Assembly (NCBI GenBank): GCA_964291295.2
Contig: OZ219754.1
Span: 2,976,001-3,040,000, forward strand
From: an uncultured Candidatus Binatia bacterium
Lineage (GTDB): Bacteria; Desulfobacterota; Binatia; UBA9968; JAJDTQ01
Length of the DNA: 64,000 bases
Reading direction: 5' to 3'
Positions 28,653 through 39,017 of this stretch are shown piece after piece (positions within the stretch are counted from its first letter, which is position 1; the number at the start of each line of letters is the position of its first letter). Under the pieces are notes generated by a model. The model searched no databases and had not been told where the DNA came from. It saw only the letters and a program-made list of their open reading frames with translations. A program made the translations under genes and the position numbers.

Positions 28653-30002
28653 TCAGAGCCCCAGCGCATCAAGGTCGATGCGTTCCATGACGTCCCGGGG
28701 AATGCGGTTGCGCGGCGTGTACTCGGCGAGAGAAGGCTTGGCGGTGGCGTCGACCCCCCACTTGGCGGTGTGGCCGTCGGAGTCCGTGGAGGGATCCAGG
28801 TCCGAGCCCCGGGTGTTGGAGATCACCGTGATGTCGCGGTCGGCCTGACAGCGGGTGCCCAGCGCCCACGCCACTTCCCGGTCATCAAAAATGTCGACGT
28901 CGTGGTCCACCACCACGACGCGCTTGATGTACATGTCGGCGCCCAGTACCGCCAGGATCGCGTTCTTGGCCTGCCCCGGAACCCGCTGGCGGATGGCCAC
29001 GTAGCAGCTGTAGGGCGCCGGCACCCGCACCGCCGTCACCGAAGGGACCATGGCGCGCACGGCGCGGTAGAGGTTGGATTCCATGGGAATGGTGGACAGC
29101 AGCAGGTGGTCCACCTGGGCCACGGCGATGTCGTGGAACAGCGCACCCCGCCGCATGGTCACGGCGTGGTAACGCACCACCTCCCGTTGCCGCTCGCCCA
29201 GGCTGTAGCCGGTGAACTCGCTGAACGGCCCTTCCGGCGTCCTTTCGCCGGGCAGGATCTCGCCTTCCAGGATGATCTCGGCGTGGGCCGGCACCAGCAG
29301 GTCGGAGCTTTCGCATCGTACCAGCTCCAGGGGTTCCCCCAGGATACCGCCCATGATCGCGCGCTCGTCCTCGTCGATGGAGCCAATGGCCAGGGCGCCC
29401 AGGCCCAGGGCGGGATGGACCCCCACGGCAAAGGCCACCGGCAGTGCCTCGCCCCGGGCCTCCGCCTTCTGGTAGAATTCCCAAAGGTGTTTCGACGCGG
29501 TGATGTGGATGGAGGTGCGGTCCCGGCCCATGATCATCAGGCGGTTGTAAGCGCAGTTCCAGGTGCCCTCCTCCGGATCCTGCGCGAACGAGATGGCCGC
29601 GGTGATGTACGGACCGGCGTCCGCGCCGTGATGCACGATCTGCGGCAACGCCAGGAGATCCACATCGCTGCCGGCCCAGGACAGCTCCTTCACCGGTCCG
29701 CTGTCCACCACCACCGGCGGCACTGGATGCTCCATGGCCTTGAGGAACGCCTGCCGGACCCCGTGCGGCTCCGCCTTCATGGCCAGCGCCAGGCGGTGCC
29801 GGCTGGCGTGGAGGTTGGTCACCACCGGCAGCGCGCTGCCCTTGACGTTCTCCAACAGCAGAGCCGGGCGCCGGCGGCGCTCCCGCGCCAGCTTGGCCAC
29901 CAGCGCGGTGATCTCGTGGAGCGGGTCCACGGGACCGGCGATCCTCACCAGCTCGTCCTTCGCTTCCACCAGATCGAGATAGCTCCTGAGGTCCTGCGCC
30001 AT
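28653..30002 (-). CDS. UbiD-family (prFMN) decarboxylase
   Basis: DLRSYL, DAGPYIT, YNRL, VPAHAEIILEG, EGPFSEFTGY, VVVDHDVDIFD, DLDPS..GVDAT. Confidence 0.93.
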   Translation of the reverse strand: MAQDLRSYLDLVEAKDELVRIAGPVDPLHEITALVAKLARERRRRPALLLENVKGSALPVVTNLHASRHRLALAMKAEPHGVRQAFLKAMEHPVPPVVVDSGPVKELSWAGSDVDLLALPQIVHHGADAGPYITAAISFAQDPEEGTWNCAYNRLMIMGRDRTSIHITASKHLWEFYQKAEARGEALPVAFAVGVHPALGLGALAIGSIDEDERAIMGGILGEPLELVRCESSDLLVPAHAEIILEGEILPGERTPEGPFSEFTGYSLGERQREVVRYHAVTMRRGALFHDIAVAQVDHLLLSTIPMESNLYRAVRAMVPSVTAVRVPAPYSCYVAIRQRVPGQAKNAILAVLGADMYIKRVVVVDHDVDIFDDREVAWALGTRCQADRDITVISNTRGSDLDPSTDSDGHTAKWGVDATAKPSLAEYTPRNRIPRDVMERIDLDALGL

Positions 30003-30195
30003 GAGTCACCCATCCATCGGAGAGATTTTGGCACGCAGTGCCGCCCGTCGGGTGCGCCAAGGCCACACGTTAATCGAAAATCCGGCGGATTTTAAGATCC
30101 CGTGGAATCCGCTGCACTGGCGACGCGCGTACGCGGCGGCTTGACACCGGATCGCCTTTCCGGCGAAGAATCGGAGACCGACACGAGGAGGACGC

Positions 30196-30780
30196 ATGAC
30201 CACCACGGACCGGACCACCACGGACGAAACCGGCAACCCGGGCTGCTGCGCCATCGACTACAGTCACCACAAGGCTGTCTTCGAGCGCCGCCAGAAGGCA
30301 TATCGGGAGGACCCATCCAGGGCGGTGGCGGTACACGAGGCCAAGGTACGCTTGGTCAACGACCACCTGAAGGAGGCCACAACCTCCGAGGGCCACACCC
30401 TGCTCTGCGACGAGCCGGCGTCCCGTGGGGGCACCGGCAGGGGCGCGGCCCCGCTCCAGTATTTTGTCGCCTCGGTAGGATTCTGAATGCTCAGCCAGGT
30501 GACGCAGTTGGCGTCATTCATGGACATCCGCATCGAACGCGCGGAGATGTCGGTGCGGGGAGAATTCGACCAGCGGGGGAAATTCGGGTTGTCGGACGTG
30601 CCCTCGGCGTGCACGCGCCTGACCTATCGGCTGGACCTGCAGAGTCCGGACGACCCGGATCGCATCGCCGCGTTCGCCGAGGCCCTGGAACGCTCCTGCT
30701 ACACCACCAACACCTTGCGCCGCCCGGTGGAGGTGGTGCCGGAACTCACCCTGAACGGTGTCGATGTGCCGCTGGGCTGA
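30196..30780 (+). CDS. OsmC/Ohr-family selenoprotein (194 aa; UGA at 30484-30486)
   Basis: DEPASRGGTGRGAAPLQYFVASVGF-TGA-MLSQ..ERSCYTTNTL: two in-frame ORFs join into one OsmC domain with TGA at the first catalytic Cys. Confidence 0.85.
30495..30523 (+). promoter_or_regulatory. Bacterial SECIS-like hairpin 3' of the OsmC UGA
   Basis: Stem (GG)UGACGC/GCGUCA(UU), loop AGUUG 19 nt after UGA; lower CCA/UGG pair. Confidence 0.75.
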
Positions 30781-30879
30781 TGCCCCGCCGCACGACTCGC
30801 GCTGTCGAATCGGCCGGGCGGCATGCACGCACGCCGCGGTTTGCGGCCGCACCCTCTTCCGCCCGCGGGAACGGCCCCC

Positions 30880-31704
30880 CTACGACCCCGCACCGGTCCA
30901 GCCCCGCTCCAGCACCCACCGCGCCACCTCCTCGTGACGCGCGAACCACACCCGGGAGAACCCCTTCATGTAACGCAGGATCTCCGTCAGCATCGCCGCC
31001 ATCATGGGGCGGCCGCCGAAGTGGGCGTGGACGGTGAGATTGATCATCTCCGGGGCATCCGACCGGTAGAGGAAGTCGAAGGTGTCCTTGTACACGTTCA
31101 GGAAGTCGCGCGGGCTGCCCCGCAGCACCCGGTTGTCGGCGAAGTCGCTGTGGGGGATGGCGACGATGTCACCCGCCCCGGCCGCCAACCGACAGGGAAG
31201 ATCGGTGTCGTTGTAGTCCCCGTGCCACAGGCAGCCCGCCTCCGCCAGATACCCCGCGGTATGCTCGGTGGCTGTCGCCCTGGGACTGAGCCAACCCGCC
31301 GGACGCACTCCCGACACGCCCTCGAGAAGGTCGAGGCAACGGCCGATGACGGCCTTCTCCTCCTGGGCGGAAAGGTCGGCAAGAAAGGTATCCTGCGTGT
31401 ATGAGTGGCCGGCCAGCTCGTGCCCGTCGTCGTGCAGGGCCTTCACCGCCTCCGGAAACATCTCCACCGAGCGGCCGCTGATGCACACCGTGGCTGGCAG
31501 TTCGAACTCCCGGAAGATCTTCATGAACCGCCAGATTCCGGTACGACCGCCGTATTCCGACCACGAAACCCCCAGACGGTCCACCACACCGGGCTTCAGC
31601 GGCGACGACATGGGCGAATACGACGGTGCGTTTCCCACGGACCAGGTCTCGAACATCGGGGTCACCAGCACCGCCACCTTGGCGTCGTTGGGCCATTTAT
31701 CCAT
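30880..31704 (-). CDS. Polysaccharide deacetylase family (PuuE/allantoinase-like)
   Basis: WPNDAKVAV, EYGGRTGIWR, GHELAGHSY, GWLSP, HAHFGGRP, VWFA. Confidence 0.88.
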   Translation of the reverse strand: MDKWPNDAKVAVLVTPMFETWSVGNAPSYSPMSSPLKPGVVDRLGVSWSEYGGRTGIWRFMKIFREFELPATVCISGRSVEMFPEAVKALHDDGHELAGHSYTQDTFLADLSAQEEKAVIGRCLDLLEGVSGVRPAGWLSPRATATEHTAGYLAEAGCLWHGDYNDTDLPCRLAAGAGDIVAIPHSDFADNRVLRGSPRDFLNVYKDTFDFLYRSDAPEMINLTVHAHFGGRPMMAAMLTEILRYMKGFSRVWFARHEEVARWVLERGWTGAGS

Positions 31705-31938
31705 GGTTGACTTTTCCTTCCCTTGATTCATGCCCGCGGCGAACCGGCGGCGTGTCCCTCTTTCCACCGTCCCATGAACCGCGCTGCCAGCGGCCTCGTC
31801 CGGTGCTTGAAGAACAGAGTGCCGCCGTGTCCAACCGACGGGCCTGGAAATCCACCCATCCGGCAGGTCGGCCGGGTGGAACCGGCCCGTCCAGGGCTTG
31901 TACGCCCACGCCCGCGACACTCATCAAGGGGACACTCC

Positions 31939-33111
31939 TCAAGGGAGGTCGTTCCAGAGATGGGGATACCTGAGACCGGATCCGGTGATCACCAGCACCA
32001 CCTCTTCCTCCCGGTCCACCGCGCCGCGCTCCAGCAGCCCATGCAGCGCCGCCACGCACGCGCCGGCCTCGGGCGCCGCGAAGACCCCCTCGGCGGAAGC
32101 CAGCTCCCGCACGCTTTCCAGGATCTGCTCGTCGGACACGCTCACCGCGGTGCCGCCGCTCTTGCGCAGAATGTCCAGGATCATGAAATCACCGATGGCC
32201 ACCGGGACGCGCAGACCCGCGGCCACGGTGACCGGTTGGGCCACCGCTTCCGCCGTGGCCGCTCCGGCCATGAACGCATTGACAATGGGCGCGCAGCCTT
32301 CGGCCTGCACCGAAACCATGCGCGGCCGCTTCGAGCCGATCCATCCCAACTCCTGCATCTCGTCGAAGGCCTTCCACATGCCGATCAGACCCGTGCCGCC
32401 GCCGGTTGGATACAACACCACGTCCGGCAGGGTCCACTCCATCTGCTCGGCAAGTTCGTAGGCGATGGTCTTCTTGCCTTCGGCTCGATAGGGCTCCTTC
32501 AGGGTGGATACATCGAACCATCCCTCGCGTTCCTTCCGCTCGGCAATGATACGGCCGCAATCGTTGATGAAGCCATCCACCAGCACGACCTGGGCGCCGT
32601 ACTGCCGGCATTCCACGACGCTCGCCCGGGACGCATCCCGGGGCATGTAGATGTGGGCCTCCAGACCGGCGCGCGCCGCGTAGGCGGCCAGTGCTCCCGA
32701 CGCGTTGCCGGCCGAGGGCACCGCCAGACGCTCCGCCCCCAGCTCCTTTGCCATGGACACCGCCGCGGTCATGCCGCGAGCCTTGAACGAGCCGGTGGGA
32801 TTGATGGACTCGTCCTTGAGACGGAGCCGCGGCATGCCCAGCCGCCCGCCCAGCCGGCGGGCCTGGACCAGCGGCGTCCATCCCTCTCCCAAGGTCGTGA
32901 TGAAGGCGGCGTCGGCGACCGGGAGCACCTCGCGATAGCGCCACAGGCTTGCCACCCGCCCCGGGAGGCTGCCGCGGGTGAGGGTCTGCGCCGCATGCCC
33001 CAGATCGTAACGAACCAGCAGCGGACGGCCGCACTCCCGGCAAAGGTTGTGGAGTCTGGCACGTTCGTGACGCACCCCGCAACGTGCGCATTCCAGAAAC
33101 GTCACATGCAT
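31939..33111 (-). CDS. thrC: Threonine synthase (PLP fold type II)
   Basis: TLGEGWTPL, KDESINPTGSFKARG, PSAGNA, EGKKTIAYE, YPTGGGTGL, ITGSGL. Confidence 0.88.
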   Translation of the reverse strand: MHVTFLECARCGVRHERARLHNLCRECGRPLLVRYDLGHAAQTLTRGSLPGRVASLWRYREVLPVADAAFITTLGEGWTPLVQARRLGGRLGMPRLRLKDESINPTGSFKARGMTAAVSMAKELGAERLAVPSAGNASGALAAYAARAGLEAHIYMPRDASRASVVECRQYGAQVVLVDGFINDCGRIIAERKEREGWFDVSTLKEPYRAEGKKTIAYELAEQMEWTLPDVVLYPTGGGTGLIGMWKAFDEMQELGWIGSKRPRMVSVQAEGCAPIVNAFMAGAATAEAVAQPVTVAAGLRVPVAIGDFMILDILRKSGGTAVSVSDEQILESVRELASAEGVFAAPEAGACVAALHGLLERGAVDREEEVVLVITGSGLRYPHLWNDLP

Positions 33112-33291
33112 GAAGCGAACCTCCGCGAGCCGCTGTGCGACGCCGCCGCGCCGCGCAGGCCCAAGCTTGTCAAGAAGGTCGGTTCAACCGGGTGACCTCC
33201 ATGCCGACTTTCGGATCAGGAATACCGGGAAGATGTGAATAGTACACTTCCCATGCGGCGGCAACGGCTTCCACACCGCCAGGCGTTGCCC

Positions 33292-34389
33292 TCACCTACG
33301 CGGGTCCCACACCCGGCTCGGCACGTAGAGTTGGCCCTGGAACAGCTTCCGGGCGGTGCGGACCACGCCCGCCTTCTCCAGCCCGAACTCCTCCCCCACC
33401 CCGCTCAGTTCGAACGCCACGGTGATGGAGCCGCTGGGGTGCTCGATCGCCACCCGCTCCGACAGCGCACCCGTGGTGACGGCGATGCCGTCCGCCACGG
33501 TCCCGGGCACCAGGGCGCAGCTGCCGACACAGATGGCGCCGGACACCGCGTGGGCGGCGTGACAGTCGGTGGGCACGAAGTAGCGTGAGGTGAGCGCACC
33601 GCCACGGCGCGGACGGGAGAGGATGCCGAACTTGGGAATCACCCGGCCCCGGACGTCGCCCAGCCCCATCTTCTCGCCGGCGGCCACGCGGACGGCCTCC
33701 AGCCGCTCCAGCAGTCCCTGGTCGGCGTCCAGTTCCGCCTTGCTTTCGTCGCCCCGGATGCCCATGCCCGCGGCCGTCGCCAGCACCATGGGCATGGCCA
33801 CGTCCACACAACTCACCTCGACGCCCTCGATGACCTCCCTGCGTTGGCCGGTGGGGAACAGCGCTCCGGTCTTGGAGCCGATGACGTCCATGAAGTTGAG
33901 CAGGATCGGTGCCGCCGTGCCGGGGACTCCGTCGATGGCGGTGTCGCCGTCGTACTCGACGCGGCCGCCCGGAGTTTCCAGCACCGCCTCGATGAGGGCG
34001 CCGGTGTTGACGTTGTGGATGTGCACCACGGTCCTGGCATCATCCGGAGACACCAGTCCGCGATCAATGGCGAAGGAGCCGACGCCCGCCAGCATGTTGC
34101 CGCAGGTGGGACCGTAGTCGACCAACGCCTGGTCCACCGAGACCTGGGCGAACAGATAGTCCACGTCCGCCCGCGGGTGGTCCGACGGCGAGACGATGGC
34201 GACCTTGCTGGTAAGGGTGGTGGCACCGCCCAGGCCGTCGATCTGACGGTGGTCGGGGGAGCCCATGGCCGCCAGCAGGACGCGGTCGCGGGTCGCGTCG
34301 TCGGCCGGCAGCTCGCCGGCCAGGAAATACGGGCCACGTGAAGTCCCGCCGCGCATCAGCGTGCAGGGGATCGCGGTCTGGTGAGTCAT
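33292..34389 (-). CDS. 4-oxalomesaconate tautomerase-like (PrpF/FldA family)
   Basis: MRGGTSRGPYF, QIDGLGGATTLTSKVAIV, CGNMLAGV, IEHPSG, RTARKLF. Confidence 0.88.
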   Translation of the reverse strand: MTHQTAIPCTLMRGGTSRGPYFLAGELPADDATRDRVLLAAMGSPDHRQIDGLGGATTLTSKVAIVSPSDHPRADVDYLFAQVSVDQALVDYGPTCGNMLAGVGSFAIDRGLVSPDDARTVVHIHNVNTGALIEAVLETPGGRVEYDGDTAIDGVPGTAAPILLNFMDVIGSKTGALFPTGQRREVIEGVEVSCVDVAMPMVLATAAGMGIRGDESKAELDADQGLLERLEAVRVAAGEKMGLGDVRGRVIPKFGILSRPRRGGALTSRYFVPTDCHAAHAVSGAICVGSCALVPGTVADGIAVTTGALSERVAIEHPSGSITVAFELSGVGEEFGLEKAGVVRTARKLFQGQLYVPSRVWDPRR

Positions 34390-34528
34390 GGCGTATCTCC
34401 TTTCCCGCAGGGTCGGGCCCGGCTGCCCGATGCGGCCGCCGGCACCGGTCCGTGTCACGCCCGACGATCCTGCGGTCCTTGTACAACCGCACCCCGCGGC
34501 GGCGGGGACGCCGCTTCACGCGCGGACT

Positions 34529-37500
34529 TCAACTGCGCGGCACCGATGCCGCGGACGACGCATGGACCGGCCCGGTCACCTTGGCCGTCCATCCGTAGTC
34601 GTCCACGATGGCATACAGCGCCGGCACCAGAAACAAGACCTGGAACGTGGCCGCCGCCAGCCCGAAGGCGAGGCTGGTGACCAGCGGCACCAGAACCTGG
34701 GCCTGGAGACTGGTCTCCATGAGCAGGGGCAGCACTCCGGCCACCGTCGTCAACGAAGTCAGCAGAATGGCGCGAAAGCGCTGTCGGGCCGCGCGGCACG
34801 CGGCTGCTACCGCCGGTGCGCCGCTGCTTCGATGAATCTTGATGAAGGTCACCATGACAATGGCGTTGTTGACAACGATGCCCGCCAGAGAGGCGAATCC
34901 CACCATGCTCGGCATGGAAAACTCGATATCCAGAGCCAGATGTCCGATGACCGCGCCCACCAGACCCACCGGGATGGCGGCCATGACCACCAGGGGCTCG
35001 ATGTAACTGCGGAACTGAAAGCTCAACATCAGGAAGACGGCGGCCAGCCCGACCAGGAAGTTCCGTCCCACCGAGGCCCCGGTCTCGGCCGACGCCCGGG
35101 CCTGGCCCTCGAGCTGCAGGCGGATGTCCGGATACCGGGTGCGGAGGTCCGGAAGAAACCGGGCCCGGGTGTCGGCGACGATCTCCGCCGCATTGGCCTG
35201 GCCGGAATCCAGGTCGCCCTGGATGGTGACGGCGCGGCGACCGTCGATGCGATGCACGCGACCGTAGCCGCGCTGGATGCTCACCGTGGCCACCGCGTGC
35301 AACGGTACCTGCTCCCCGGTTGGCAGGGTGATGGTGAAGCGGGCCAGGTCGGCGAGGCTGTCCCGATCCCGGCCGGACAGCCGGATGTCGATCTCGTAAC
35401 CCTCCGCCCCGATCTGGAACTCGCCCGCGCGGTGGCCGTGGAACGCCGCACGCAGTTGCCGTGCCACCTCGGAGGCGGTGAGTCCCAGCACCAGGGCCCC
35501 CTCGCGCAGACGCACGCGCAACTCCGGTTTGCCCAGACGCAGGTCGTCGTACAGGTCGAACACCCCGCGGTAACCGCGGAGCCACTCCAGCATTTCCGTC
35601 GAAGCGGCCTTCAACGCATCCAGGTCCGTGCCCACCAGACGGAGGTCGATGGGTTTCCCCGCCGGCCCGAAGCCGGGCTCGCCGAAGTTCAGCACGACGA
35701 CGTCCGACGGCATCCCCACCTCGGCCCGCCAGCGGCTCATGATGGCGTCCAGCGAGGCGTAGCGGGAATCGGGGCCCGCCAGGTCGACGGTAACGGTGGC
35801 CAGGTGTTCGCCCGATTCATTCGCGTCCTGGTTGCGGTTGAACTGGACCCCGATGTTCCGCACCATTGGCCGGCGGCCCGGCTTGGCGGCGGCGTACTGC
35901 TGGTCCACCGTCCGGATGGCCGCGACGAGCCGGTTCACCACCGCCTCGGTGCGGGCCAGCGGCGTCCCCTGCGAAAGCAGCAGGCGCGCTTCGATGACGT
36001 TCCCTTCGATATCGGGGAAGCTCCTGAACTTGAGGATGCCGCCGGCCATCACCGCCACCGACAGGAACAACAGACCCATGGTCACACCCACCGTGAGATG
36101 GCGCCAGGAGACCGCCGCATCCACGAAACGGCCCACGACCCCTTCGGTGAAGCGCGCCAGGCCCCTGTCGAACCGGCGGCGGATGCCGCCGCCCTGCGCG
36201 TGCAGGGTTCCCATCAAATGGTGCGGCAGGATCAGGAATGCCTCCACCAGGCTGAAGGACAACGTCAGGATCAGCACCACCGGCAAGACCTTCATCACCG
36301 CGCCGATGTCCCCCTTGAGAAACGCCAGGGAGCCGAACACGCCCACCGTGGTGAGGAACGACGCCAGCACCCCCGGCGCCACCTCCCGGGTTCCCTCCAC
36401 CGCCGCATCCACGACGGAGCGTCCGGTGGCGCGGTGGCGCGCGATGTTCTCCGCGATGACGATGGCATCGTCCATCATCAGGCCCACGGCGATGAGCAGC
36501 GCCACCATGGTGATCATGTCGAACGAGTAGCCGATGGCCGCCATGCCGGCGATGGTGCCCATGAAGGCCACCGGCAGGCCCGCGGCCACCCAGAACGAAT
36601 AGCGCAACCCGAAGAACAACCACATGACCAGGAACACCAGCGCGAGGCCCTGGGCGCCGTTGCGCAACAGCATGGTCAGGCGATCCCGCACGATGGAGGC
36701 GACATCGCGGGTAATCTCGAATACCATGCCCGGCGGTGCGTGGCGGCGCTGCTCGTCGAGGTAGGCCCGCAGCGCATCGATGACGTCAAGGGTATCATGC
36801 CACCGGGCCTTCTCCACCCGGAGATAGGCGGCCCGCTGACCGTTGAAGAGGTTCTTGTCCTCGGCCCGTTCGAAGCGGTCGGTGATGATCGCGATATCCC
36901 CCAGCCTGACCACGGCGCCGCTGTTCGAAGCCACCACCACCAAGCCCTCGAAGGCACGAGGACTCCGCCGTTCGTCCGCGAAACGGATGAGCACCGTCGA
37001 GTCCCGCGTCTCCACCGCGCCGGCGGGCAGCGTCAGGCTCTGACCCGCCACGGCCGCGGCCAGATCACGCACACTGATGCCGAACTGACGCACGGTGGAT
37101 GCCGGAATCTCGATTCGGATCTGGCGCTGGGAAAAGCCCTGGACCTCCACCCGGGCGACCCCCGGTATCGCCAGCAGGTCGTCTTTCATGCGCTCCGCGT
37201 AAGCCTTCAGCCCCTCGGGCCGCAACGGCCCGGCCACGGCCACCGACGCCACCAGATCCACGCCCCCCAGTTCCCGCACCACCGGCGGCTCGGCCTCGTC
37301 CGGGAGATCCTGGATGGCGTCGATCTGGCTCTTCACGTCGTCGAGAAAACGGTCGAAGTCGCCGCCCTCCCGCATCGACAGGGTGGCCACGGCCAACCCT
37401 TCCCGGGCCTCGCAACGGGTCTCCTCCCGGTTGTCGATGCTGTCCGCCGCCGTCTCGATGCGCAGGCAGATGCCATCCTCCACGTCCCGGGCCGTGGCCC

Positions 37501-37651
37501 CGGGATAAGGCACCCGAACCTCCACCGAGTCGGCGGGAATGTCGGGAAACGTCTCGCGCTTGACGCTGCCGGCGAACACGAGGCCCAACAGCAACAGCGA
37601 GATCATCAGGAGGTTTGCGGCCGTCGGGTGGCCGGCGAAGAAACGGATCAT
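34529..37651 (-). CDS. RND efflux permease (AcrB/AcrD/AcrF family)
   Basis: 1040 aa; HPTAANLLM, GLMMDDAIVIAENI, GIVVNNAIV, RFRAILLTSLTT. Confidence 0.95.
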   Translation of the reverse strand: MIRFFAGHPTAANLLMISLLLLGLVFAGSVKRETFPDIPADSVEVRVPYPGATARDVEDGICLRIETAADSIDNREETRCEAREGLAVATLSMREGGDFDRFLDDVKSQIDAIQDLPDEAEPPVVRELGGVDLVASVAVAGPLRPEGLKAYAERMKDDLLAIPGVARVEVQGFSQRQIRIEIPASTVRQFGISVRDLAAAVAGQSLTLPAGAVETRDSTVLIRFADERRSPRAFEGLVVVASNSGAVVRLGDIAIITDRFERAEDKNLFNGQRAAYLRVEKARWHDTLDVIDALRAYLDEQRRHAPPGMVFEITRDVASIVRDRLTMLLRNGAQGLALVFLVMWLFFGLRYSFWVAAGLPVAFMGTIAGMAAIGYSFDMITMVALLIAVGLMMDDAIVIAENIARHRATGRSVVDAAVEGTREVAPGVLASFLTTVGVFGSLAFLKGDIGAVMKVLPVVLILTLSFSLVEAFLILPHHLMGTLHAQGGGIRRRFDRGLARFTEGVVGRFVDAAVSWRHLTVGVTMGLLFLSVAVMAGGILKFRSFPDIEGNVIEARLLLSQGTPLARTEAVVNRLVAAIRTVDQQYAAAKPGRRPMVRNIGVQFNRNQDANESGEHLATVTVDLAGPDSRYASLDAIMSRWRAEVGMPSDVVVLNFGEPGFGPAGKPIDLRLVGTDLDALKAASTEMLEWLRGYRGVFDLYDDLRLGKPELRVRLREGALVLGLTASEVARQLRAAFHGHRAGEFQIGAEGYEIDIRLSGRDRDSLADLARFTITLPTGEQVPLHAVATVSIQRGYGRVHRIDGRRAVTIQGDLDSGQANAAEIVADTRARFLPDLRTRYPDIRLQLEGQARASAETGASVGRNFLVGLAAVFLMLSFQFRSYIEPLVVMAAIPVGLVGAVIGHLALDIEFSMPSMVGFASLAGIVVNNAIVMVTFIKIHRSSGAPAVAAACRAARQRFRAILLTSLTTVAGVLPLLMETSLQAQVLVPLVTSLAFGLAAATFQVLFLVPALYAIVDDYGWTAKVTGPVHASSAASVPRS

Positions 37652-37658
37652 GCGGATG

Positions 37659-39014
37659 TCACCGCAGGGGCACCCTGCCCCCGGCTTCGGCCGCGAGTCG
37701 GGCCGTGGCCGCCGGATCCGCTTCGGGAACCAGCAGCATTCCCGCGGCGGCGAAGGGCAGGTCCGAGATCACCACCCGCTCGCCCGGACCAAGCCCCTGG
37801 CGCAGCACCACGAAGTTGGCCTGGGCGAAGTCCACTTCCACCGCGCGGATTTCCAGCCGGTCGTCCGGCCCCGCCACGTAGACGCGGCCGCCCCGCAGCG
37901 CCGCGCGTGGAATCACCAGCGCATCGGGCCGGGGCGGTCCCCGGAGTTCGACCTCGACGTACATGTTCTTGACCAGCGGCGGCCTGCGGCCCGCCCGGGC
38001 CTGCCGATAGGGTTGGTCCACGGCGACGATGACACCCACGGTGCGGGTGCGCGGATCCACCGTGTCACTCATCCGCGAGAAGCGCGCCGGCCACTCGACA
38101 ACCACCTCGCCCGAATGCAGCCGCACCACGGCCCGGATATCCTCGCGCAATTGCGGTATGGCCGTGCGTGCTTCCGGCGGCGGTCCGGCACGGGATTGCA
38201 GGAGCGCCAGTACCTTGCTCATGGGCACCTGGGCGATGACCTCCGCCACATCCAGGCTGTCGGCTTCCACCAGCACCTGTCCCCTGGCGGCGAATTGCGC
38301 CACCGCGACATTCACCGCGGCGATGCGGCAGGTGAACGGCGCAACGATGGTGGTGCGGCTCAGATTTCGCCGGGCCGTCTCCAACTGCGACATCAACCGA
38401 TCACGTTGCGCGCGCTGCGCCGCGCGTTCGGCGGGAAGCAGCCGGACCGCGTTCCGGAGGTTCTGCACTGCCTGCTCGCCAGCCAGCACCGAGCGTTCTT
38501 CCCGGTCCGCCTCGGACTGGGGCACGGCGCCGCGGCGCAGCAGCTCCCGGGTCCGCTTGAGCTGCGTGCGGGCGAGGGCGAGGCTTCGTTCCTCGATGGC
38601 CAGAGATCGCTTCGTGTTGTCGGCGCGTACGTCCAGCAACGCGATCTGGGCGTTGACGGCGCGAATGTTGGCTTCGATCTCGGCCACCGCCAGGCGGTAG
38701 TCCGCGGGGTCGATGCGCAGGAGTTCGGTGCCGGCCGGCAGGATGGTGCCCCGCTGCAACTCGGGATGCCGGAAGACGACGGTACCGCTCACCTCCGCCA
38801 CCGCCTCCCAGGCCTTTCCGGGCGTCACGTTGCCGTGGCCCACCACCCGGGGCACCACCGCCACCGAGGCTGCCCGCACCACCCGCACGGCGGTCGCCCG
38901 TTCCTCGGCCGGGAGCCGCTCCGGACCCTCCCGCGATCTTGCCGCGTACAATACCGCCAGCAGGCCAAGGCCCACGGGAATCCAGAAAAGGAGCTTCTTG
39001 AGGAATCCGGCCAT
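37659..39014 (-). CDS. RND periplasmic adaptor (membrane fusion protein)
   Basis: N-terminal TM, AEVSGTV, coiled coil, IVAPF, VDPRTRT, GLGPGERVV. Confidence 0.92.
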   Translation of the reverse strand: MAGFLKKLLFWIPVGLGLLAVLYAARSREGPERLPAEERATAVRVVRAASVAVVPRVVGHGNVTPGKAWEAVAEVSGTVVFRHPELQRGTILPAGTELLRIDPADYRLAVAEIEANIRAVNAQIALLDVRADNTKRSLAIEERSLALARTQLKRTRELLRRGAVPQSEADREERSVLAGEQAVQNLRNAVRLLPAERAAQRAQRDRLMSQLETARRNLSRTTIVAPFTCRIAAVNVAVAQFAARGQVLVEADSLDVAEVIAQVPMSKVLALLQSRAGPPPEARTAIPQLREDIRAVVRLHSGEVVVEWPARFSRMSDTVDPRTRTVGVIVAVDQPYRQARAGRRPPLVKNMYVEVELRGPPRPDALVIPRAALRGGRVYVAGPDDRLEIRAVEVDFAQANFVVLRQGLGPGERVVISDLPFAAAGMLLVPEADPAATARLAAEAGGRVPLR

Positions 39015-39017
39015 GAT

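Noticed and set aside
30196-30780. Two separate small genes or an OsmC pseudogene
   Set aside because: TGA falls on the catalytic Cys, a SECIS-like hairpin follows and the second ATG lacks a well-spaced SD; read-through is more parsimonious
33227-33252. GGGAAG-A-TGT...ACACTTCCC hairpin upstream of thrC as a riboswitch or attenuator
   Set aside because: No leader peptide or aptamer features; at most a simple terminator-like stem after the tautomerase gene
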